Positions 56,009 through 64,000 of a DNA stretch of 64,000 nucleotides are shown piece after piece. The stretch lies in the NCBI GenBank assembly GCA_964019335.1, contig OZ025652.1, forward strand, positions 744,001 to 808,000, given 5' to 3'. Position numbers and translations under genes: made by a program. Position 1 is the stretch's first letter. The number at the start of each line of letters is the position of its first letter. Under the pieces are notes generated by a model, which did not search any database, was not told the origin of the DNA, and was given only the letters and a program-made list of their open reading frames with translations. This DNA is from Diplonema japonicum (Eukaryota; Protista; Euglenozoa: Diplonemea).

Positions 56009-57061
56009 ATGGACCTTGTCGTGCAAGGCATCGGGCAGGTGATCCCGGTTGAGATAGAGGCAGAACACACATGCCACGATATGTATGAGATGGTCAGTGG
56101 AGTGACTGGGATTGCTAGCAACAGATTTGAGCTGGAAGGGATACCTAGGGATAAAACCAGGATGTGCGAATTGGGTTTTAGTAAATCTGATGTAGTGCGC
56201 ATGACCCCCAGCAAGGAGGGGCGTTCCCCTTGGGAGGGCACTGTGGCGTGGAGCGAGTCAAGGGACACGAAGATTACAACAGTGGTGGAACGCGATGGTG
56301 CGGTCTGGTACACAACGGGCGACAAAGTATTGATGCGAAGTGGAAGTGGTGAGAAGCTCGGGAGCCTCCCTGCACAGACGGGGACCACGTTCACGGCGGC
56401 TGTGCTTCCAGACGGCAGATACCTGGCAGGTGGTAGGAACGGGAAACTGGTCATCGGAGGCGCGGCAAAAGATGTATTTGATGATTGGGTGTGCTGCTTG
56501 GCAGTTGTAAACAATAACGAAGTGGCTGTGTCTACAAGGAAAGCCCCTTATGACGTGTTAGTTGTTGATACCTCCACAAGGTGTGTGGTAGAGGTACTGG
56601 CGGGGCACACAGACGCAGTCTGGGGGCTAGCAGCACTGCCTGGCATACTTTACAGCAGTTCAAATGACACGACCATTCGGAAGTGGGATATGGTCCTTGG
56701 CACCTCGTGTGTGCTGCGATCGCATACATCAGGTGTTGTGAGTGTTGCAACGGCTGAATGGCTGCCTGATGCACTTGTATCAACCTCTCGTGACCAAACA
56801 GCCATTATCTGGCGCAGCGACGAAGTGCAGCACGTACTGCAGGGCCACACGGCAAGCGTCTACTGTGTCAGCATCACCTCGTATCTCGGTGAGTCCTATG
56901 TAATCACGGGTAGCGGCGACCATACCATTCGCGTGTGGGATTTCTTCGAAGGTACTCAGCTGTCGTGTTTCCACGACGACAGCTCAGTCATCGCCGTCGT
57001 GACCTTCAACGGGAAGGTGTTGACGGGGAACAGTGGTGGTTGGCTTAAGTGTTGGGTGTAG
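56009..57061 (+). CDS. WD40-repeat protein with an N-terminal ubiquitin-like segment
   Basis: GHTDAVW..SSSNDTTIRKWD, HTSGV..S.SRDQT..IW and GHTASV..TGSGDHTIRVWD repeats. First ~70 aa have UBL-like spacing. Confidence 0.85.
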   Translation: MDLVVQGIGQVIPVEIEAEHTCHDMYEMVSGVTGIASNRFELEGIPRDKTRMCELGFSKSDVVRMTPSKEGRSPWEGTVAWSESRDTKITTVVERDGAVWYTTGDKVLMRSGSGEKLGSLPAQTGTTFTAAVLPDGRYLAGGRNGKLVIGGAAKDVFDDWVCCLAVVNNNEVAVSTRKAPYDVLVVDTSTRCVVEVLAGHTDAVWGLAALPGILYSSSNDTTIRKWDMVLGTSCVLRSHTSGVVSVATAEWLPDALVSTSRDQTAIIWRSDEVQHVLQGHTASVYCVSITSYLGESYVITGSGDHTIRVWDFFEGTQLSCFHDDSSVIAVVTFNGKVLTGNSGGWLKCWV

Positions 57062-57117
57062 TTATCGCCTTTTGTTCGTGCTTTGCTCTTTTAACATTAC
57101 TCTCGAAAGGTAAGAAG

Positions 57118-60100
57118 ATGCCCGACGAACAACTGCAAGCTTCAATTTATAACAATGATGTTGCCATGTCACAATCCAGGGGCAACAGCAGCAAGCGGCG
57201 GGCCAAAACCCAGGAAGAGAAGATATATGAGATGCTGCACCACCCTGCTGGTGTGAACATGGAGCCGTTGCTGTTAAAAATGTTTACCTTTTTTAAGAAC
57301 TTGGAGTATGCAGTGCCGAGACAGCTAACATGGATGGGTGTAATTATCGATATCATCCAAGTGACTGCTTTCGCTTTCAACCCCCATATGAACTGGGGCA
57401 GAATCTCTAAGTTTCTCAGTTACTTCGCCTACTTCACACATGTCCCGCTGTGGGATAGCAAGGAACTAGGTGTTTCATATATGGGGTGTACTGTAATCTT
57501 GTGGGTGCTAACTGCCATATTGTTTGTCATTGTATTTACGTCATTCGTCTTTGGCACGAACACCGACACCAAAAAAGAACTCTTCTCACGCTTCCGATTA
57601 CTTTTCTCCTTTGTTGGCAGTGTATGTTACATCCCTATGCTACAGTTCTGTCTCTCGTTCATGGTTTGCCACAAAGGGAATTTGTGGGCATTCTCGGGCG
57701 AGAGCTGTACAAGCATTAACGTAATTCACACAGCAGGTGCAGGTGTGTCGTTAGTGGTGCTGATTGGTGTTGCTGTCGTAGTCAATGCGTTTCTATACGA
57801 TCTGAACCCCAGGTCGCTTCATAAGCTGGCACGGGCTGATTCGAAACTGGACATTCTCTCATTAGGACACAAGCTGTGCACTTGTGTGCTGATGCACCAC
57901 TTCCTTGCAAGGGACGAGGTCCGATGGTACTGTTTGTATGTTGCATGCTCCTGCTTCATGATGGGCTGGGTGTGGGCCATACGCTTCCCGTACTACAATG
58001 AATACGCCACGTTCTTCCGTGTTCTGGGGATGTGGTTGGCATCGTACTTCGCGCTGCTCGGGCTCATCATGGAAGGCTATGACAAAGCTGATACAGATCT
58101 TGTGTTCGTGTTAGTAGGCTTCGTTGTGGTAACATGCGCTGCATGGTGCTGCTATGGAATCAGAGTCAGCAAGAATTTCAGACGCTCCATGCACAACTTC
58201 CGCTACGACTGTGAACTATCGCTCCCGAACTACAACCTCCCTCGTGGGCTTGTGGAGACTGCGCTTATTGATTTTTGTGACGAAGAGGAACCAGAGGCAA
58301 CCGTGCGCATCACATTCTGCGTCCCTGTGCTCGAGACCGTGGTGTTCGCCAGCGACTGCGAGATCTCGTGCAGGTTCCTCCGTTACTTCCATCGATCAAC
58401 CTCCCTGGTGCCCACGCACACAATGCATCATTACGTGAACAGGATTTACCTAAAAGGGCTGAAAACCTTCACTCATAATGGCCCTCTCCTCCTCTCGTAC
58501 GCGGCTTTCTTAATATACTACAGAAAAGCATTTCCCGAGGCACGATTCATCCTGTCGCAGCTTGACATAACTGATGCGTGTGTATTCTCGCGATACCAGG
58601 CTTTCAAGCTTGCAAAGAAGCTAAAGGTTGACTCAACGCAGCTCGAGCGTTATAATAAAGCGAAACGGCTCCATAGAAATTGCTTGAAGAAGAAGATCGA
58701 GTTTTGGCGACTTTTGCAACCCAAGGAACTCGACAGAGAGGTGTTGGACTCTTGTGCATCGCAGATTTGCAACGAAACTGATCAGGGGTTGACTGAGTAC
58801 TTGTTGGCGCTGCGTCTCGAAGATAAAGACAAGCAGATTCACAAAAGCGACATCCGTATGATCGCTCACTACGGGTTGTTCTTTGAGCAAGTGATCCAGA
58901 ACCAAGACTTAGCTGACAGGTGCTTTTGCGTTGGCTCAGAACTTATCAAAGTGAGGGAGCTGAAGGCGACACGTGGTGCGAAGAGGGCCGCCGGTTTCGA
59001 CACCGGACTAGGCCAGCTCCCGTCTCATGAAGAGGCACGTTCGGTTGATGAGAACACACGAGACTCGGGGAGCTCTGGCAAAGATGCTATCGTGCAAGCG
59101 GGCAGGATGCTAAACATAGTTTTTGCCGCGCTTGCAACGCTGCTATCTGGGTTCCTAATTCTCGCCATTGTGATATCGAACGTATTGAAACTGCTGGTGA
59201 GGTCAATCGAGGCTGCAGGCAAGGCACACTCGTATGCACTACAGGCCGTGGTGATGGTATCACAGCAGACGGAGCATGACCATGCCAATCACGTCTGCCA
59301 CTCGTGCACGATGTTCACTGTGGAATACCAAGCCAGCTTCCTCGCTGACACCGTTGATGCTTTGCACACGAACATGAACACTTTCTTGTGGGGGTCGTGG
59401 AGGCCACAGATGCAGAAGCTTGTCACACTCCTGACGACGGCTTACTTTCACAACGAGTACGGTCAAAAAGACGATATGGCTCTCAAAAAAGGATCCACGT
59501 TTACCGGCTATGAGTCCCTTTGGACAATGACATATAGGTACATCGAGATCTTGCTCACTTTTAGCGGCACGACAAATACAGTACACAAGGACGACGCGGA
59601 CTATCACTTCATCACACATATCATACCTGATACATTTAGCGTATCGCTCAACAGGACAACCATTGCCTTTCTCGATTGGAACAAGGCCACAAATGACACC
59701 ACGAAGCAGGTGCTTTTGTTTATTTACTGCATCAGTGTGGCTCTTGTGGTGGCTGTGTTCGTGGCGCTAATGATCAAGTTCCTCGATGTTGAGAAAATCA
59801 AACAAAACATCCGGAACGTGGTCACAGTCATTCCCAAAAACCTGGTGGTCGAGTTAGTACAGCAAGCAAAAGAAGATTTGAAGCGCTACGACAAGCACAT
59901 GGTGAAACCTGAGTCCCTCCTGTCTCGGGATATTATGCAAGAAAACATGGCCAACAACTCCGGCAACTCCAGAGAGGAGGGGTTCCAATACGAGACTGGT
60001 TCTGAGGATGATGTCTATAACAAACAGGTGGAGAACAACATGGCCATCACGGACACGGCGCAAATAGATAACACGCAGGGAAAGAAGGACCTCGTCACAA

Positions 60101-63100
60101 TGAAACTGAAAATTATCCTCATAGCCGTGCTACTGCTAGTGCTGTCATCTGTAGGGTGTTCCGGGTACATGTTGGGCATAGCGGATATCCGGCCTACGGT
60201 GTCTTCGATATTAGACACGAGCATGGTTGTTACGGAAGAAATTGGCCTCGTAAAGGGAATGCAGGAAGCATCATTTGAGTTTCTTGAAAATCCTGATCAC
60301 AAGCACTACCTGCATTATGAGAAGAATCGGGCGAAGCTCTTGTTGAACCGGCACATTGCGCAGGAACTGATGTTCACCACTGCGCCAGACACAAACGAGG
60401 GGGTGGTGCAGGGGGTCCAGAGTATACTTCATAACACGCAGGTGCTTTCCGGCATCTACCAAACTGGCATGAAAATTGCCGTCTCCAATCTTGACGTTCC
60501 ATTAACAGAGTTCCCCAATCTTGTGAACCACAAATGGTACGGTTCATATGTAAACTTTATCGGTCTTGAATTGGAGACGTCGCTGCCTTTCCACGAGCGA
60601 CTTCTGGTTAATCACAGCTACGACACGACGGATCCGACAGTGGACCACATGAAGCTGGCTAGATCCTATTTGTTTTCCGACTATGCCAGCGCTTCCACAC
60701 AAGCCGTGTATGAAAGTTGTTTCAAGACAGTGACGAATGTGATACAATACAAAACCAACCTGATCGAAGATGATGTCACGATCATGCGCATTCTTGTCGG
60801 GTACGAGACTGGCGCTGCAGTTCTCGTCTCAGTGCTGCTGCTCATGGCGGTCTCTATGTCTAGGAAGTGCCCTTGGCGAATGGTCATCCTGGCAACTGGG
60901 TTACTTTTTGACATTGTCGCCTTGGTTCAAACCCAAGAATCGTTGAAAGCGCTTTCGGGTATCATAGACCATATTCATACGGTGGAACACATTGACTCGA
61001 TCTCTGCGCTGTCTGGTGAGATGCAAAAATTAGAAACCATTGTTGCTAACTTTGTCAATCACGGAGATCTGCTGTTCCACACGCAGTACTATGAGCACCT
61101 CAAAATACTAGAGAATATCAGAGACGAAGTAGAACGTCTTCTAGCCACGGAACATCTTGATACTGGTGCTCTGAAAGTTGGGATGGACGAGCTGCTTGGG
61201 TTGTGGGAAACTGCACACAAAATAAAAATAGTAGAGACCGGTCTTGACCCACGTATCACACACCACCCGGTCAATTACCAGTGGGACGAGACTTCTTACA
61301 AACACGTCCCCGCTGACCTCTACCACTACTTCATTGAAGGTGTCGTGTTCACGAACTACACACATGATACGACTGTGCGGAAGGACGAATTGAACGCAAT
61401 GGCAAAACACCTCGTATCGAGCCATTTCGTCTTCATGTTAGGAAACGAGCTGCATCATGAACTGATGAGAATCTTGAGGGACGAGAGCACTAATGTACGT
61501 ACCACCTTTGATGCTTATTATTATGATCTCAGGAAATCTACCATAATAAGAATTGTGTGCGACACAAGCATGTGTCTCATGATGGTCCTTTGCATGATCA
61601 GCTTCCTGCGATCTGCGGTGTCCAACTCGCAGTCGAAAACAGTCACCTCGAAGTCGAAGTCCTCACCGCAAATGATCGACGTCCAACTGAAGAAGATGGT
61701 GTATGCGCTCCTTATTGTGCTTGCACTGGTCACGGCGCTGTTTGCACTGTGTCTCTTCACCATCACGTACTCGTCGGATGTAGTCACCAGACTCCATGCT
61801 GCGTCGTCAAGAGAGTGGCTTACCGCAAGGTCGATGCTCTACGCCGACAAAATGATCACGGATAAGTACGAACACCACCTGCACCGCGAAGAGCTGTTGG
61901 AAACAATACTTCAACTCACTGTAACTAATCACGAGCTGTACTTCTCTGCGAACAGCTACAATGGCGTGGGGATAGACAGCGCTCAAGACAGCCTACTTTT
62001 TGGGACAAACGCTACTCTGCCGAATCCTTTAAGCGGCCAGTGCCCGCAGGCAAAGTATGATGACGTGCTCACAGAGCTCAAATATGGACTTCACAGCGCC
62101 ACAGAAAAGTGGAGCACGTTGACATATTCGCTTACAAAGCTTGACCCTAACGACACGCATGTACTCATCGACACAGTTTCCAAGATGCGCACCATGTACC
62201 GGCCCCTCATGACAGGGCTGGCGCGCAGCACAGAACTGTACCACTCTGACGTGATCAGCACGATCGACACCAACGTCCTCACTGTCATTATGGCTGTATT
62301 TGTAGCTGTCATAGCCATGTTGTTTGATTTCTTCGCCATCTTCCGACCCATCATGGAAGAGCTAAGGAGTGATGAGCGCACCACAAAGCTCATCCTACGC
62401 TTGCTGCCTACATCTGTCACAGACATGCCTGAGGTTGCGGCGATGCTGGAGAATGGTCAATCAAGTAAGTCTGACAAGGACCTGGAAGTAAGTGACACTG
62501 TGGTGCAGATGTCGCCCATTCCCCTCATTGCCATCGACCACAACGGCATCATCATGAAGTTCTCCTCCGACGCCGTGAAGAAGTACTTCGGATATTCCAC
62601 TATAGAACTAACTGGATCGAACGTTAGAGTATGAGAAGTAAAAACCCCACAACCTCTACAGGTGTTGATGCCTAGTGAGCACGCAGACAAGCACGATCAA
62701 TATCTTGCAAACTACAGACGCACGGGAATCAAGCACGTGATCAACTCCACACGACAAGTGAGTGCAAGGAAGAAAGTATGCTTGCAATATATGAAACGAG
62801 TGCCCACACAGAATGGCGACACGTTCCCAGCGGAGATACTTGTGAGGCAGTTCAAGTGTTCTGGAGAGAATATGTTCATCGGTGTTATCAAGCCACTGAT
62901 GAAGGCGCTGCACTTCCAGGCTATAGCAGCGAGGAATAAAAACATCCAAGAGATGAACATTGACGGCATGCTGTCTATTGACCTGCAAGGCACAATACAG
63001 ACAGCCAACGATGCTGTGTGTAAAATGTTCGAGTTCTCAATGGAAGAGCTGATCGGCGAGAATGTAAAGCTACTTATGCCTATCGAGATCTCTCAAAACC

Positions 63101-64000
63101 ACGACGACTACCTTTCTAGATATTTGGAGACACGTAAAAGGGCGATGATCGGAACGATCAGGAGGTCCAGGGGGCAGCGCAAGTCAGGGAAGATTTTCCA
63201 GCTTGAGGCTAAAGTGGAAGAAGTTAACACTGACCCTCCTGTCTACATTGGATACCTGAGAGACGTGTCTCTCCTGGCACAGCTGGAAAACCAGCACAAA
63301 ATGTCTGACGCCATCACTAAACTCTCCATCACCCCTGTGATTATTCTGGACAGCAAAGGCATCATACTGACATTCTCACAAGCAGCCGAGAAGCTCTTCG
63401 GGTATACACGCGAGCAGGTTGTGAGCAAGAACGTCAAAATCTTGATGCCTCCTCAAATAGCAAGCCAGCATGATGACTATCTCTCAACCTACATGGAAAC
63501 GGGCGTGAAACATGTGATAGGGTCGAGCAGAAACGTCGAGGGCAAGGCCAAGGATGGGACCCCTCTTCCTTTGAACTTATTTGTGGAGGAGGTGATACAT
63601 GTGAACAGGGGCACCACCTTTGTGGCCTTTGTTACGGATCTAGCGCTCATTAAGAAGTCGGAGGCTGACACGTTCTTATACTCGGAAATCGACCGCCAGT
63701 CTCCCAACGGCACGATCACAGCAACACCTGACGGGACCATCATCTCCGCGAACCCCAAGACACTCTCCATGTTTGCTTACGACTCTCTAGACCAGCTCAA
63801 AGGGAAAAACCTTACTATGTTGATGCCTAAACAGTACGCTGACCATCACCCGGAGACCCTGGCAACTTACGCACGGACAAGGATCAAGAAGGCTATCGAC
63901 TCAACGCGGTGTGTGACAGGCTTGCGCTCCGACCGCATGACATTCCCTATCGAGCTGCGTGTTTGTGAGATCGAAAATGGCGATGACACATTCTTCTTGG
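57118..64000 (+). CDS. Very large multi-TM sensor (TmcB/TmcC-like N-terminus) with at least 4 tandem FixL-type PAS domains; introns 62629-62661 and 62776-62811; runs off the window
   Basis: N-terminal multi-TM block, helical TPR-like region (FWRLL, YGLFFEQV) and further TM pairs. After splicing the frame is open to 64000 with four NV..LMP-x6-H..Y..T....I...R...G.RK.G..FP-like repeats. Confidence 0.88.

Noticed and set aside
1-64000. CRISPR arrays, tRNA/rRNA genes, prokaryotic operons, stop-codon reassignment
   Set aside because: No repeat-spacer array, cloverleaf or rRNA sequence recognised. Apparent in-frame stops are explained by GT-AG introns, and TAA, TAG and TGA all end genes.

Overview
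Eukaryotic nuclear DNA, not prokaryotic. About 1-4 kb is a CpG-eroded block of nested repeats and transposon-like remnants. From about 4.7 kb to the end there are about 30 protein genes, all on the + strand and often only 55-120 nt apart, most preceded by a U-rich tract and an AG. At least 23 very short (31-61 nt) GT-AG introns occur; the donor is mostly GTATG and the bodies are A/C-rich. This layout suggests polycistronic transcription with spliced-leader trans-splicing in a free-living euglenozoan, probably diplonemid-like (inference, no search run). Recognisable genes: STT3, RPL37, an M3 oligopeptidase, a type-B carboxylesterase, an SLC35A transporter, an SLC25A39/40 carrier, UFD1, an ankyrin-TKL kinase, three tandem eIF5A genes, an SmB-like protein, a PAQR protein, RPS23, a giant mucin, ELF1, a WD40 protein and a multi-TM PAS protein. 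Many ORF-track entries are split by introns or start at false upstream codons, so I rebuilt the gene models by hand. Most notable: (1) a spliced 430-aa Alba-nucleoside diphosphate kinase fusion that the ORF track shows only as fragments; (2) a membrane protein ending in at least 4 tandem FixL-type heme-PAS domains; (3) a TM-HAMP-pseudocyclase-STE11 kinase; (4) a clear CpG-deamination footprint in the repeats; (5) opposite base composition at cis versus putative trans splice acceptors. All domain calls are by-eye motif recognition.
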